A DNA stretch of 64,000 nucleotides, from IMG/VR virus record IMGVR_UViG_3300035507_000332. One strand, given 5' to 3'. The notes beneath the pieces were generated by a model. The model worked only from the letters and a program-made list of their open reading frames with translations. It made no database searches and had not been told where the DNA came from. The translations under genes and the position numbers were made by a program. Of this stretch, positions 19,540-30,512 are shown piece by piece. Source of the DNA: a virus. Lineage: Duplodnaviria > Caudoviricetes. Positions within the stretch are counted from its first letter, which is position 1; each line of letters starts with the position of its first letter.

Positions 19540-19563
19540 GTGTAATTATAAATTCATTATCCG

Positions 19564-20076
19564 ATGGCAACCAAGCACATAACATTACTCGAAGCATTAG
19601 TGGCGATAAAGCGGCTTCACTCAATGAGATTTGAATTGCGCAAGAAGCTAGAGCGACTAAACGTCCACGCACCTAAAAATTCTTCTTTAGTATCTTCCAT
19701 ATTCTCCAAGTACATCTTGGTGAGCAGAGCGATGCCCGATCTTCAAGGAAAGATTTGGGACGCCAACCACGGAACGAACACAATCCTAGCTCACATCAAG
19801 CACGCAAAGGAAGAGATCGACTTTTACAACAAGTTGATGGAAGAAAATTCTCAAGAAGAACAATCAACGGTTAATGGCAAACAGGGTAAGTTACAGTGCT
19901 TGCTAACCTTCTCTGAAATTGAAGTGGTTATAGAAAATTTGCAAGCTAAAGTTTTCGAGTGGGAAAACAAGTTAGCTCAGCACAATTTTGAGCAAACCAT
20001 TGAAGTAGAAGAAGAGTATCTGAGTCTCATTGGTCCGTACAGCCAAGCGACAAAGCAATACTCAACGGATAACTAA
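19564..20076 (+). CDS. coiled-coil hypothetical protein
   Basis: 170-aa helical ORF. Confidence 0.65.
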   Translation: MATKHITLLEALVAIKRLHSMRFELRKKLERLNVHAPKNSSLVSSIFSKYILVSRAMPDLQGKIWDANHGTNTILAHIKHAKEEIDFYNKLMEENSQEEQSTVNGKQGKLQCLLTFSEIEVVIENLQAKVFEWENKLAQHNFEQTIEVEEEYLSLIGPYSQATKQYSTDN

Positions 20077-20167
20077 GGCGGAGACATCCCCCATTTTTAG
20101 AAAAACAACTACAAAGAAAAAGAATTTTCACTAACAACTTTTATAGGGGAAATTTCTTGTAACGCCT

Positions 20168-20205
20168 TGAGCCTGTGGTTTAGCTAACTGCAGGCTCATT
20201 TTTTT
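20168..20205 (+). terminator. intrinsic terminator
   Basis: TGAGCCTGTGGTT..AACTGCAGGCTCA plus T run. Confidence 0.7.
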
Positions 20206-20248
20206 ATTTCACAAAGATTAAAATTTTCCTTGCCTAAAGTGTAAATTT

Positions 20249-21121
20249 ATGTTGCAGACTTCAACAGTCTGCCAACAACAAACACACGAGGAAAAGAAAA
20301 TGTACAACATGTTTGGGGGAGGAAGTCCCTATGTGGCAACTATGCCGATGGAGCCAGCAGGCACAGCAAAGTCAGACAACTCTTGGGGAGCAAACAATCC
20401 GTTTGTGTACCTGATTTGGATGTGGGCATTTGCGATGTTCGGTGGTGGCTGGGGTAATGGCTTTGGACGCAACGGAAGCGGTTTAGGCCAAGGTTTAGGA
20501 ATGGCAGAAGGGTTTACCGCTTCACAGGTAGACGACATCCGCACGAAGGTAGGGGAGATAGCCTCCTCGATTGAATGTGGCAATAGTGGTCTAATGTCAG
20601 CAGCAAACCAGATTGCCGACCAAGCTCGACTTAACGGAATGCAAATTTCCGACGTCAAGTCGTCATTGCTCAACGCTTGTTGCGAATTGCAACACAATCT
20701 TTCCACTCAAGGATTGCAGTTTGCAAACCAGATGCAACAGTGTTGTTGCGCACTTGAAAACAAGATCGGTGAAGTAGGTTGTGGAATGGAAAAGGGTCTG
20801 TTGAATCAAACGATTCAGCTCAACAACAACCATTCTAACACAATGCAAGCTTTCGCCAACATCTCTGCTCAAATTGATAGACAGACATGTGCGATCAGCG
20901 ATGGCTTGTGTACGACACAGCGATTGATTTCAGCAGAAGCACAGACGACACGCCAACTAGTTCAAGACTTGCACATGCAAGATATTCTTGCGCTTAAGGA
21001 TGCCGAGATTGCAGCATTGCGAGACAAGGTCCAACTAACTCAAAGCGAAAATATTGCGACCGTCGCTTCAATGACGGCGGCAGACAAGATTATTGCAGCG
21101 TTGAAGACAACCTCTGCGTGA
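20249..21121 (+). CDS. Gly-rich TM plus Cys-rich (CC/CCC) coiled-coil protein of a type common in gut phages
   Basis: NNPFVYLIWMWAF..GGGWGNGFG, NACCEL, QQCCC; start may be ATG 20300. Confidence 0.7.
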   Translation: MLQTSTVCQQQTHEEKKMYNMFGGGSPYVATMPMEPAGTAKSDNSWGANNPFVYLIWMWAFAMFGGGWGNGFGRNGSGLGQGLGMAEGFTASQVDDIRTKVGEIASSIECGNSGLMSAANQIADQARLNGMQISDVKSSLLNACCELQHNLSTQGLQFANQMQQCCCALENKIGEVGCGMEKGLLNQTIQLNNNHSNTMQAFANISAQIDRQTCAISDGLCTTQRLISAEAQTTRQLVQDLHMQDILALKDAEIAALRDKVQLTQSENIATVASMTAADKIIAALKTTSA

Positions 21122-21158
21122 GAAGAAATAGAACTACCTAACCAAGAAGGAGGTTCAA

Positions 21159-21734
21159 ATGTTCCCGACAGGAGGATTCAACCCGATGCAGATGGCAGGC
21201 TTGAGCGGATTACCAAATCCGTTTGCAAGCGGAGGGTACAGCAACGAACATCAGCTTCAGCACCACAACAAGGAAATGATGAAGTGGTTCGAGAAGTGCC
21301 TAGTAACAATAGTGGAAGAAGGCGAAGGCGAATTCCTGGAAGCTCTGAACAAAAAGATAGGGCAGATGGAAGAAGCCGAGCAATCATGGATGAGACGACA
21401 CGCTAGAGAAGTCTACGAAGTCGATTACCCAGACCACCACAAGAAGCACCACAAAAAGAAGCACTACTACGAGGAGGAAGACGAGGACGAAGACATCAGT
21501 CAATTTTGGCTCGAGCTAGAAGAGCTAGAAACAAAGTCCAAGAAAATTCCAGGGTTCAACATTCGTGCGCACCTAAAGAATGAGTACAGCAATTTGAACG
21601 ACGAGGAGTTACGAGTAGTCACGCACCTTTTTGACAAGGGTGGGTTACATAAGCTTGCGAAGGAAGCAGGTATGTCCACTAGAGAATTCTTAGAGATTAT
21701 CTCCGAGGCAGCAGAAAAAATCGACTGCGATTAG
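21159..21734 (+). CDS. hypothetical protein with His/Lys and acidic tracts
   Basis: HHKKHHKKKHYYEEEDEDED. Confidence 0.7.
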   Translation: MFPTGGFNPMQMAGLSGLPNPFASGGYSNEHQLQHHNKEMMKWFEKCLVTIVEEGEGEFLEALNKKIGQMEEAEQSWMRRHAREVYEVDYPDHHKKHHKKKHYYEEEDEDEDISQFWLELEELETKSKKIPGFNIRAHLKNEYSNLNDEELRVVTHLFDKGGLHKLAKEAGMSTREFLEIISEAAEKIDCD

Positions 21735-21737
21735 TCA

Positions 21738-21773
21738 CAAAAAAAAGGAGTCATCTTTGCGGATGACTCCTTT
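21738..21773. terminator. bidirectional intrinsic terminator
   Basis: A-run-GGAGTCATC-loop-GATGACTCC-TTT between convergent genes. Confidence 0.75.
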
Positions 21774-21795
21774 AATTATTTTTTAGAATTGATGA

Positions 21796-23052
21796 TTAGA
21801 TATCTTCGTCGTCACCATCAACCGTAGCGGCGGCAGTATTAGTAGCCTTAGCTTCGATTTCAGAGTAACAGAACACACCGTTTTCAGTATCGGTACGGCT
21901 ACCGATCTGAGTTTCAAGCGTAAGAGAAGCCGTGGTGTTCTGACCGATAGAAGAGTTAAAGGACTGTTCAGAGATGGTGCAGTTCTTAACCTTGTATTCG
22001 AGAGCGACCTTGGTCTTGTCCTTTGGATTCTTCACGGAGATGATAACATCAACCTTGGGGTTCTCTTCCAAGATTTCAGAGAGAGACGTGCCAGAGTTGA
22101 TGCCGTTCATGATAGCTTCGATCTGAACAGAAACCGTCAGAGGGAAGGTAATAGAACGAGCGTAGAAGAAACGAGTACCAAGCTTTTGCAAACCTTCACG
22201 AGACATAGGAATCGAGATGTTTGCGCTCTGGATGTACGAGCCAGTATCCTTCAGCTGAGCGAAGTCGATAAGGGTAGCTTCTTGTTCATCGGTCGTGCCG
22301 TGCTTCAAAAGCTTAACCGTAACGTCGCCAGGACGAAGGGCAGAAATTTCAGGGCTTTCCGTATCATAGTACTTTTGGAAAGTGTTAAGCTGAATTTCCG
22401 TAGTGTTAGGTTCGCCAGTAGCCAAGTCAACGTCAGGCATGGTGGTCTTGACTTCGACTTCGTCGTCGCCAGCTTCGATAAGAACGGCGTTGGTATTAGA
22501 GCCTTCAAAAGAAACAGATGCGGTTGGGAATTCACCCACAGCAAAGTTCATAGAGAAGTCAGTAATGTTCATACCACCGTAACCGAGGACAGCCACGTTA
22601 CTAGTAGAGCCAGCAGCCAAGCTCCAAGGCTTAACGTCGGCAAACTTAAATTGGTTCGTATCTTCACCTTCTTCAGCGATAGCAGAGAAGATGTCGAGGC
22701 CAGTGGAAGTATCTTCCAAGTGGCCACCAAGGAAAGAGTCATTCTTGTCCCAAGTACCGTCTTCACCCTTAGTACCACGGTTTACAACGAAGTTAAGAGC
22801 TTCTTCGTTAAAACCTTCAGAGAGGTAGTATTCAGTAGAAGCGGAGACCGTAGGAGCTTCCAAGTTAATACGGTCGATAGCAGCGAGCTGACCGAATTCG
22901 TTAATATCTTGGAAGGAAATGCTGTTCGTCGATTGGAAAGACTGAACACGATAGAGCTGTTGAAGAGCTTCTTCTGGATTTTCTGCGGAAGCAGGAACAA
23001 CCTGAAGCCCGATGCTCTGATAAATCAAACGATTACGCTTGTGTTTTGCCAT
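21796..23052 (-). CDS. putative major tail tube protein
   Basis: beta-rich, strongly biased codon usage; RNRLIYQS / RVQS / INEFGQLAAIDR / SIGQN motifs resemble phage tube proteins (from memory). Confidence 0.6.
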   Translation of the reverse strand: MAKHKRNRLIYQSIGLQVVPASAENPEEALQQLYRVQSFQSTNSISFQDINEFGQLAAIDRINLEAPTVSASTEYYLSEGFNEEALNFVVNRGTKGEDGTWDKNDSFLGGHLEDTSTGLDIFSAIAEEGEDTNQFKFADVKPWSLAAGSTSNVAVLGYGGMNITDFSMNFAVGEFPTASVSFEGSNTNAVLIEAGDDEVEVKTTMPDVDLATGEPNTTEIQLNTFQKYYDTESPEISALRPGDVTVKLLKHGTTDEQEATLIDFAQLKDTGSYIQSANISIPMSREGLQKLGTRFFYARSITFPLTVSVQIEAIMNGINSGTSLSEILEENPKVDVIISVKNPKDKTKVALEYKVKNCTISEQSFNSSIGQNTTASLTLETQIGSRTDTENGVFCYSEIEAKATNTAAATVDGDDEDI

Positions 23053-23163
23053 GGCTTAGAAAAAAAGCAGGATTGATTTGTGAGAAATTCCTCTTTCATG
23101 GTTTACACAAAATCCGCTATGATGTGTAATCCTCATATAGGAAACACACCTCAGACACCGCTC

Positions 23164-24129
23164 ATGTCAGACAAAAAGATTGAAAATATCGGGATTGTCA
23201 TCCCTGCTTACAAACGCCCCATTGAGACACGCCAAGCTATTTTTTCAGCACTTCACCAAAGCTATAAGTGCAAGGTATTTGTCTCAGTAAAGGGATACTC
23301 AGAAGACAGTTACAAGCGATTCTTCCTAGAAGAATTTGCCAAGGAAATTGAAGCAGGAGACTTAGTTCTTAGCTTCTCGACTAACAAAGGGCAAATTTCC
23401 AACACGCTCGACTGTATCCGAGATGCAGACATCAGCGATATTGACTACTTCGTAAAGATGGACAACGACGACGTCTATCTTAAACAGTACGTGGCAAACG
23501 TTGTAGACTTCTTACAGTACGAAGCCGAAAGCGAATTCTACCCCGATGTAGTTGGTACGTTCTCTTGCAATATGGTTTACCGCAATGCACGTGGTGACTT
23601 TTTTGCACCTAAGCGAGAAGGCTACCTCCTTGGACCGACAATTTGTTTCTCAAAGAAGGTGGTAGACATTCTCTTCAAGGTTGAGCAAGGCGACTACAGC
23701 GACCTTGAAGAAATTGGTCTTGACATCACGCAGTTCAACAACATTTCCGACGACCGATTCGTCTTTGAACTTGGCAAGAAGCTTGGCGGAGCAGTTGACT
23801 ATGGCAAAACCGACTACTTGTATATCAACGAAATCACACCTTCCTGTTGGCGAGGCTCTGACTATATTTCAGCAGCGAACAAATCCGCAACGCTCGAAGG
23901 TAGTTTTGGCTTAGAAGAAGAACAAGTATTGCACGTCTTCCACCCAGGTTGGAGCGGATACCTCATCATCCAAGGAGAACGATTCACAAGAGAAAACGGA
24001 GACCCAGGAGACGTCCTAGAATTCGACAGCGAAGGTATTTGGGTTAAGTGGGACAAATGGGGCAAGGAATACTTCCGTCTCAACCCCAACAAAAACTACT
24101 ATATCTACGAAGGCGAGTCTAAGTTGTGA
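23164..24129 (+). CDS. GT2-like glycosyltransferase with C-terminal beta module
   Basis: IVIPAYKRP..AIFSALHQSY, KMDNDD; start reassigned to ATG 23164. Confidence 0.8.
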   Translation: MSDKKIENIGIVIPAYKRPIETRQAIFSALHQSYKCKVFVSVKGYSEDSYKRFFLEEFAKEIEAGDLVLSFSTNKGQISNTLDCIRDADISDIDYFVKMDNDDVYLKQYVANVVDFLQYEAESEFYPDVVGTFSCNMVYRNARGDFFAPKREGYLLGPTICFSKKVVDILFKVEQGDYSDLEEIGLDITQFNNISDDRFVFELGKKLGGAVDYGKTDYLYINEITPSCWRGSDYISAANKSATLEGSFGLEEEQVLHVFHPGWSGYLIIQGERFTRENGDPGDVLEFDSEGIWVKWDKWGKEYFRLNPNKNYYIYEGESKL

Positions 24130-25103
24130 ACAGAGACTTTAGATTTGCGCTCCTCCTAACCACCTACAAGCGGTTATGCGAGGGGCAACTTCAGATATTC
24201 AAGATGCTCAACCAGAGCTACGAGAATTTCCATTTATTCGTAGCTGTGAAGGGGTGCTCTGAATACGTATTCAACAAGAGTTGGCTTCCCTACTTTCAAA
24301 AGCACATCGACGAAGGGAAGCTAACTCTGCGTCGATTCCCTAACAAAAACCAAATGAGCAATTTGGTCGATTGCGTGCGAGGACTAAACTTGCGAGGGTA
24401 CGACTACTTTTGCAAGATCGACGACGACGATTTCTACGACGTCAACTACCTCAAGCGATGCAACGAAGCAGCCAACGAGAGCAACGGCAAAAACTTATTT
24501 TGGATGGACAGGTCGTGCCGTCTAGTTGTCAACAGGCACGACGATTTTTACCGCTTCAAAAAGAACACCCAGTGGAATTCTTACTGGGGGCCAACGCTTT
24601 GCGCAACAAGGTTTGTATGGCAGGAATACATGAACTTGGAAAATGGAGAGGAAGACTTGCCCACATACATTGGCAAGAACAACCTACCAGCGATGCCAAG
24701 GCATAAAGACTGCGGATTCCACGAAGACAAACTGCTCTACTCAATGATGAGAGCTTTTGGTGGGGTCTACAATATTCGCAAGAATGGTATTCCCTACGTA
24801 ATGTTCAACGAGAGCAATGCGTCAGTTACACGAGGGGGGTTTGTCAACGGTTGGTTCCAGACAGAAAACTTTGACGTAACTAAGTCCGAGCTAGCCGAAG
24901 AACAAATTTTTTATTGCAAGACCCCCGATTTTGAAGACGACGTACGAGTATTTATGGGGTACGCCTGGGGAGTAGCAAGCGGAGCAACAGGCAAGGTAAT
25001 TAGTCTCACAGACACCGAGCTAGAAATCGACTGGGATAAATTCCTACCACAAAAATACATCCGACAAGAAGACGGTTCTTGGTGGTCTGACGACCCGATT
25101 TAA
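24126..25103 (+). CDS. GT2-like glycosyltransferase (paralog)
   Basis: TTYKR..MLNQSYENF, KIDDDD, GPT, HED. Confidence 0.8.
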   Translation: MNRDFRFALLLTTYKRLCEGQLQIFKMLNQSYENFHLFVAVKGCSEYVFNKSWLPYFQKHIDEGKLTLRRFPNKNQMSNLVDCVRGLNLRGYDYFCKIDDDDFYDVNYLKRCNEAANESNGKNLFWMDRSCRLVVNRHDDFYRFKKNTQWNSYWGPTLCATRFVWQEYMNLENGEEDLPTYIGKNNLPAMPRHKDCGFHEDKLLYSMMRAFGGVYNIRKNGIPYVMFNESNASVTRGGFVNGWFQTENFDVTKSELAEEQIFYCKTPDFEDDVRVFMGYAWGVASGATGKVISLTDTELEIDWDKFLPQKYIRQEDGSWWSDDPI

Positions 25104-25124
25104 CAATCCTCGGTGTAAACTAAG

Positions 25125-25340
25125 ATGATGCACCGTAATTACAAGAAAGAGTTCCAGAGCCACATCCGAGGCCGCCTCACCAAAGACCAACGCAAAACCC
25201 TAATGCTCAGCAGAGAAGCAGATGCCGTGACGGCATTTGCCAAATTGTCTATTGCCGAGCAAACACAAGTTGTTAGAGACTTAAAAGCCAAGGGTTTTGT
25301 GGCTCAAGCGGAATTCTTAGAGAAGAGAATCGGTGAGTAG
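25125..25340 (+). CDS. hypothetical protein
   Basis: 71-aa ORF preceded by the GTGTAA motif. Confidence 0.55.
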   Translation: MMHRNYKKEFQSHIRGRLTKDQRKTLMLSREADAVTAFAKLSIAEQTQVVRDLKAKGFVAQAEFLEKRIGE

Positions 25341-25362
25341 CAATCCAACAGGTTAGAGAAAG

Positions 25363-28300
25363 ATGTCGGAGTTTTCTTCAGTATATTATGTTGTACACCC
25401 ATCCAAAGGGCTGATTCCGTTTTACGGAGATTTTGCGTCCAAGAAAGATATTCTTGACGCAATTGGTCAACTTGGAGGGACGTTTAAGCCACTTGTCGTA
25501 TCATCGTTGCCTGATGCAGGGGAGGATGGGTTCATTTATTTTGTACCTAATGGGGTAGATGCAGGGGACAACCAACATAACGAGTACTTATATTTCAATG
25601 GGCGATGGGAGCTTATTGGGTCAACAGGAATCGACCTAACAGGCTTTGCCACTGAAGAAGCTCTGAACACGCATACGAGCAACTCATCCATTCACGTCAC
25701 AGCAACCGACAGGAATAGATGGGACTCGAAACAAGACGCAGGGGACTACGCTACAAACACCGATCTAACGACAGGGCTTGCTTCAAAGCAGGACGCAGGA
25801 GACTACGCCACCAACACGGCACTAACGACTGGGTTAGCTAAGAAGCAAGACGTCGGCGATTACGCCACAAATACTGCTCTAAAAGAAGGTCTAGCCACCA
25901 AACAAGACGTCGGAGACTACGCCACAAATTCCGATCTCACCAGTGGGCTTGCGACGAAGGTAAACACAGCGGAATTTTCCACTCACACAAACAACGGAGA
26001 TATCCACGTTACCCTCGACGACAAGAGCGTATGGAATTCCGCACCAACCAACTTAAAGCTACACACTGGAGATTCTGACATCCACGTTACAGCGAAGGAC
26101 AAAGCAAAGTGGAATGCGAAACAAGACGCAGGTGACTACGCCACCAACACCGCTCTAACCGAAGGATTAGCCACAAAGCAAGACGTCGGCGATTACGCCA
26201 CGAATACGGCACTTACCGAAGGACTCGCCACGAAACAAGCTGTAGGAGACTACGCAACGAATACAGCTTTAACAGAAGGGCTAGCCACCAAGCAAGACGT
26301 TGGCGATTATGCAACCAACGAAGCTTTGGCGACAGGTCTAGCCACGAAGCAAGATGCAGGTGATTACGCCACAACCGACGAACTGACTACCCACACAGGC
26401 AACACGGTTATTCACGTCACACAAGAAGACCGAGACCGATGGGACGCAGGTTCAAATGAAGGAGTCGAAGCCTCAATTGCAGAAGTCTCAGCCAACCTAA
26501 CCACACATACAGGTAATTCCGACATCCATGTCACAGCAGAAGACAAGGAAAAGTGGAATTCTTTGCCCACCCAGTTAGATGTAACTAACTCTGTTAATGA
26601 CGCCAAAGCTTCTCTTCAGTCCGACTTGCTCACCCACACAGGGAACGCAGCGATTCACGTCACCACAGAAGACAAAGCAATTTGGAACGCCAAGCAAGAT
26701 GCAGGTGACTACGCCACGAACGACGCATTGACGGCAGGACTGGCTACCAAACAGGATGCAGGGAGCTATGCTACAACCGATGAATTGGCAAGCCATACAA
26801 GCGACACAGAAATCCACGTCACAGCAGAAGACAAAGCCCGATGGGACGCAGGCTCAAACGAAGGCGTAGAAGCGTCTATAAGCGAGGTCAAGGACTTTCT
26901 TGGCACTCACGTAGGCGACACGTCTATTCACGTCACCACGGACGAGAAAGACGCCTGGAACGCCAAGCAGGGAGCAATCTCAACCGTCAACGTATCCAAG
27001 AGCGATGACGCTTCATCAATTGCCGATGGAGCATTGAACGTCAACTTACCTACGGATTGGTTCACTCAAGCTGAGATCGACACAAGCGACTTCGTCACCT
27101 TAAGCGGAGACCAAACTATTACAGGGAACAAATTCCTCAAGGGTGGCGTTGCCGCTTATTCCGCTGTAATGTTCGTCAATTCCACGAGTTCAGGAGACGA
27201 AACGATTGGCAGTATTTATCCAAGCTCAACGTCATACCCATTTGTATTCCTCAAGCCTGCATACTTCAGTGGCACGCAAAACGTATTCAAGAACAACGTC
27301 ATTGTCGGTGGGCAAGTAACAGCAGGAGCTGCTTCTATAGGAAACCTTGCCACAACAGGGTACGCCAAAATTGGTACAGACTTGACAGTAGATGGCCACG
27401 CTACAATCAATGGGTTGGTCACTACCATCAATAGCCAAGACCTCTATCTTGACGGACATATTCACTTGTCAAGTTCTGGCGGTAAATTTATTGATGGACA
27501 CTCTCTTTTCCGAGGCAGGGCTGAATTTTCAGGCTCGGTAGATATTGTCTCCGACACCAAGGTAAACGTCGATAGTAGCTCTATCCTTACGGTTGCCAAG
27601 ATGCAAACCGACACGGCGAAATTTACCTCAGATGAAATTTCCAACCAGGTAACCACCAAGAAGTACGTCGATAGCAAGATCGACTATGAAGTAAACACTC
27701 CTAGGCAATTTGTTATTTCCAGAGCAGAGTCTTGGAGTTCAGTCGCAGGTTGGTATTCTCAAGGAGAAGGCTTTTTGAGTATTCCTGGAATCGACACAAT
27801 CGACTGCTCCTTATACTCTTGCTCATCATGGGACGAAGCGTCGTTCTCCTTTACAACTCAGGGGAATTCCTCAATGTTGAGTTTGACGATTCCTGTGGGT
27901 ACGAATTCTTCAGGGAGCACGAACAACGGCACGGTAACTTCAGGCAATTATGTAACGCTTGACACCGACCAGAATATTTCAGGGAACAAATTCTTTGATG
28001 GGCATGTTACTTTCCAAGGACCGTTCGTGGTTTTTGATGTAGACGACATTTCTTTCTCAGGGAGCGTATCAGTTCGAGACCTTGAAGTTAGAGGCTCTTC
28101 TAACTTCTACAGCCAAGCGAATTTTTCTGGAGATGTCAATATCCAAAGCACTGGAAGCTTAAAGAATTCTGGGAGTACATACCTCAATGGTTACAACAAA
28201 GTAAACGGTTGGACATACCTTAATAGCTACAACAGCGTAAACGGTTGGACTGACTTTTATTCAGCAGCTTCTTTTCATAACGTAGCTCTTTTTGGTAGCG

Positions 28301-29658
28301 ATGGGCATATTCAAGTAGATTCTAGGTGGGTGGGAATTTCCTCTCCTAACGTCGATTTCTACACGGTCAGTGACGGTCACGCTCAAAAAATTACCCTTGG
28401 AAACAACAGTATCCTAACCGTTGCCCAGGTACAGACAGACTCATCTAAGTTCTCTAGCGACGAACTTAGAAACCAAGTCGTGCCTAAATGGTACGTCGAT
28501 CAGTTGATTGACGGACACTTTGATGGGCATACTTCTACATCTGGGCGGTATGTAGATCTAACATCCAACCAAGAAATTGATGGTTACAAAACATTTAACA
28601 ACATCACTTACTTCAAGTCCGACATCAGTGTAGATGGGCATATTTGGCTACAAGACATGTTTTGGGCTAATAACGATGCTTGGTTCTATAGCAATGTTTA
28701 TTTTCAAGGCGTCCCAACTTTCTATAGCGATGTAAATCTTACAACTACGTCAAAGCTTACCTCTAATGGTGTAGCTAAGTTTAATGGAGTTGCTACTTTT
28801 AGTTCTTCAGCTTCTTTCAAAGGTGTAACTTCGTTCGCTGATTCCGTCTATTTCAATGGAGGGAGTAGCGGAGCAAAGACAATGTTCAATACGTCGGTAA
28901 CCTTTAGCGGAACAAGTCTTTACATCGGAACAGACGAAACGAGCATTGGTGGGAGCGTAAAATTTATCGCTGGAGATGTTGCGTTTAACAATCAAAGCGT
29001 AGGATTCAACACGCCTGTTACGTTCGACAAGCTTCATAGTACGACTTTCAACGGTAGCACTTCTTTCAACAAAGACGTCTCTTTCAATGGAGATCTTTCC
29101 TTTGGTGGTGAAACAACAACCTTTGCGTCGAGCCTAAGTAAGTTTACAGGAAGCCTAGCGAGCTTCCAGAGCGATGCGCTATTTGCTTCACAGGTAGACA
29201 TGAACAGCACGGTAAACAACCGAGGCAAGGTGAATGTTTATGGAGGTATGTACATTGGCAGAGAAGAAGACTGGAGTGCACTTGACATTGCTCAAGAGCA
29301 AAAACCAGAAGTAACTCAATTCCGGCCTTCTTTAAGAAGCGTCAATGGACAACTCATTGAATTCCCAAGGCTTGGTTGCGCAGATGGGACTCAAGAAAGT
29401 TGGTTCGTGGACAACACGACAAGAGTAACTACTGTCTTCCCATGGTGGCCGACTTCTGGTTATGAATCTGACAGCTTCTCTGACGAGAATTTGGAATATT
29501 CCAACTATCAGAATAACCTTTACCTTTGCAATGCAGGTATGGTCAAGTACCTAGTAAAATCAGCTTTGGAACTCATGGGGTACGACGTTTCAGTACTTAA
29601 GCCCGAATACTTCACTAAGGCAGTAGACGAATACTACAACAAATACGGAGAATACTAA
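25363..29658 (+). CDS. long repeat-rich tail fibre/adhesin
   Basis: 19-aa KQDxGDYATNTALTEGLAT repeats, HTxNxxIHVT repeats, VTLxxDQxIxGNK motifs, beta-solenoid C-terminal half. Confidence 0.8.
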   Translation: MSEFSSVYYVVHPSKGLIPFYGDFASKKDILDAIGQLGGTFKPLVVSSLPDAGEDGFIYFVPNGVDAGDNQHNEYLYFNGRWELIGSTGIDLTGFATEEALNTHTSNSSIHVTATDRNRWDSKQDAGDYATNTDLTTGLASKQDAGDYATNTALTTGLAKKQDVGDYATNTALKEGLATKQDVGDYATNSDLTSGLATKVNTAEFSTHTNNGDIHVTLDDKSVWNSAPTNLKLHTGDSDIHVTAKDKAKWNAKQDAGDYATNTALTEGLATKQDVGDYATNTALTEGLATKQAVGDYATNTALTEGLATKQDVGDYATNEALATGLATKQDAGDYATTDELTTHTGNTVIHVTQEDRDRWDAGSNEGVEASIAEVSANLTTHTGNSDIHVTAEDKEKWNSLPTQLDVTNSVNDAKASLQSDLLTHTGNAAIHVTTEDKAIWNAKQDAGDYATNDALTAGLATKQDAGSYATTDELASHTSDTEIHVTAEDKARWDAGSNEGVEASISEVKDFLGTHVGDTSIHVTTDEKDAWNAKQGAISTVNVSKSDDASSIADGALNVNLPTDWFTQAEIDTSDFVTLSGDQTITGNKFLKGGVAAYSAVMFVNSTSSGDETIGSIYPSSTSYPFVFLKPAYFSGTQNVFKNNVIVGGQVTAGAASIGNLATTGYAKIGTDLTVDGHATINGLVTTINSQDLYLDGHIHLSSSGGKFIDGHSLFRGRAEFSGSVDIVSDTKVNVDSSSILTVAKMQTDTAKFTSDEISNQVTTKKYVDSKIDYEVNTPRQFVISRAESWSSVAGWYSQGEGFLSIPGIDTIDCSLYSCSSWDEASFSFTTQGNSSMLSLTIPVGTNSSGSTNNGTVTSGNYVTLDTDQNISGNKFFDGHVTFQGPFVVFDVDDISFSGSVSVRDLEVRGSSNFYSQANFSGDVNIQSTGSLKNSGSTYLNGYNKVNGWTYLNSYNSVNGWTDFYSAASFHNVALFGSDGHIQVDSRWVGISSPNVDFYTVSDGHAQKITLGNNSILTVAQVQTDSSKFSSDELRNQVVPKWYVDQLIDGHFDGHTSTSGRYVDLTSNQEIDGYKTFNNITYFKSDISVDGHIWLQDMFWANNDAWFYSNVYFQGVPTFYSDVNLTTTSKLTSNGVAKFNGVATFSSSASFKGVTSFADSVYFNGGSSGAKTMFNTSVTFSGTSLYIGTDETSIGGSVKFIAGDVAFNNQSVGFNTPVTFDKLHSTTFNGSTSFNKDVSFNGDLSFGGETTTFASSLSKFTGSLASFQSDALFASQVDMNSTVNNRGKVNVYGGMYIGREEDWSALDIAQEQKPEVTQFRPSLRSVNGQLIEFPRLGCADGTQESWFVDNTTRVTTVFPWWPTSGYESDSFSDENLEYSNYQNNLYLCNAGMVKYLVKSALELMGYDVSVLKPEYFTKAVDEYYNKYGEY
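25729..26380 (+). repeat. coding tandem repeats with a 57-bp unit in the fibre gene
   Basis: repeated AAGCAAGACGxxGGxGAxTACGCCACxAA encoding KQDxGDYAT. Confidence 0.85.
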
Positions 29659-29663
29659 GAAAA

Positions 29664-30512
29664 ATGACGCAGCACCCTACATTTTGTTGGTTTAGTTTTC
29701 GCCGAGACGCTAGCCACCTGTTATACAGCGTGGCTAGCATACGGCGGTTATATCCAGAGTCGCAGAAATTTGTTTTTGACGACGGAAGTTATCCACTACC
29801 CAAGCGAGCCAAGAGAGTTTTGACGAACTGGGGAGTCAACGTCATCACGACAACATTTCCCCGAAAAGGGAATTTGCGAGGATGGACATGTGCCTACAAG
29901 ATAGCCGAATGCTACACATGGCTAGCGAACATCACAGGGAGTGAGATCGTCGTCAAGGTAGACTCAGACACCATATGGTTAAAGAAAGGGTGGCTAGAGA
30001 AATTTGCCGAAAGCGGATGTGTACTAGGCGGAATGCGGAGCAAATGCCGACGAGGAGTATGTGGCGTCTCCTACGCACTCAAGCGAGAAGGAATCGACCT
30101 TCTCATGGAGAGCTACAAAAACGAGCTAGAATCCCCATATTCCACCGAGGAAGACTTTGAAGTATGCAACCGCATATCCAAAGCCAAAGGAGGGAATGGA
30201 GACGACATCATCTACAAAGCACCCTACAGCCTATGGGGGATACATCCAGAATGCCCCGATGCAGTAGGCGTGGCGGTAGACTGGGGACAAAACTGCGCCC
30301 AGTTCATAGCCGACACAATGGAAGTAGTTGTTTTTGCCTACGACCCACCCAACCCACCAGGGTGTAAAACAGATGAAAAAGGCCAACCAGTAGCAACCAA
30401 AGCAGGAACACCGCTTTGGCTACGAGCAAGACTTTTAAGAGCCTCTTCAATGAGAAACATCTTAAAGCGTGTAATTCAAAATCAGGACAAAAGATGGCAG
30501 ACGAACGATTAA
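29664..30512 (+). CDS. putative GT-A fold glycosyltransferase
   Basis: FVFDD, VVKVDSD (DxD), GVSYAL, EED. Confidence 0.55.
   Translation: MTQHPTFCWFSFRRDASHLLYSVASIRRLYPESQKFVFDDGSYPLPKRAKRVLTNWGVNVITTTFPRKGNLRGWTCAYKIAECYTWLANITGSEIVVKVDSDTIWLKKGWLEKFAESGCVLGGMRSKCRRGVCGVSYALKREGIDLLMESYKNELESPYSTEEDFEVCNRISKAKGGNGDDIIYKAPYSLWGIHPECPDAVGVAVDWGQNCAQFIADTMEVVVFAYDPPNPPGCKTDEKGQPVATKAGTPLWLRARLLRASSMRNILKRVIQNQDKRWQTND

Noticed and set aside
22186-23076. 296-aa + strand ORF antisense to the tail tube gene
   Set aside because: Shadow ORF expected from the biased codon usage of the opposite gene; no protein-like motifs
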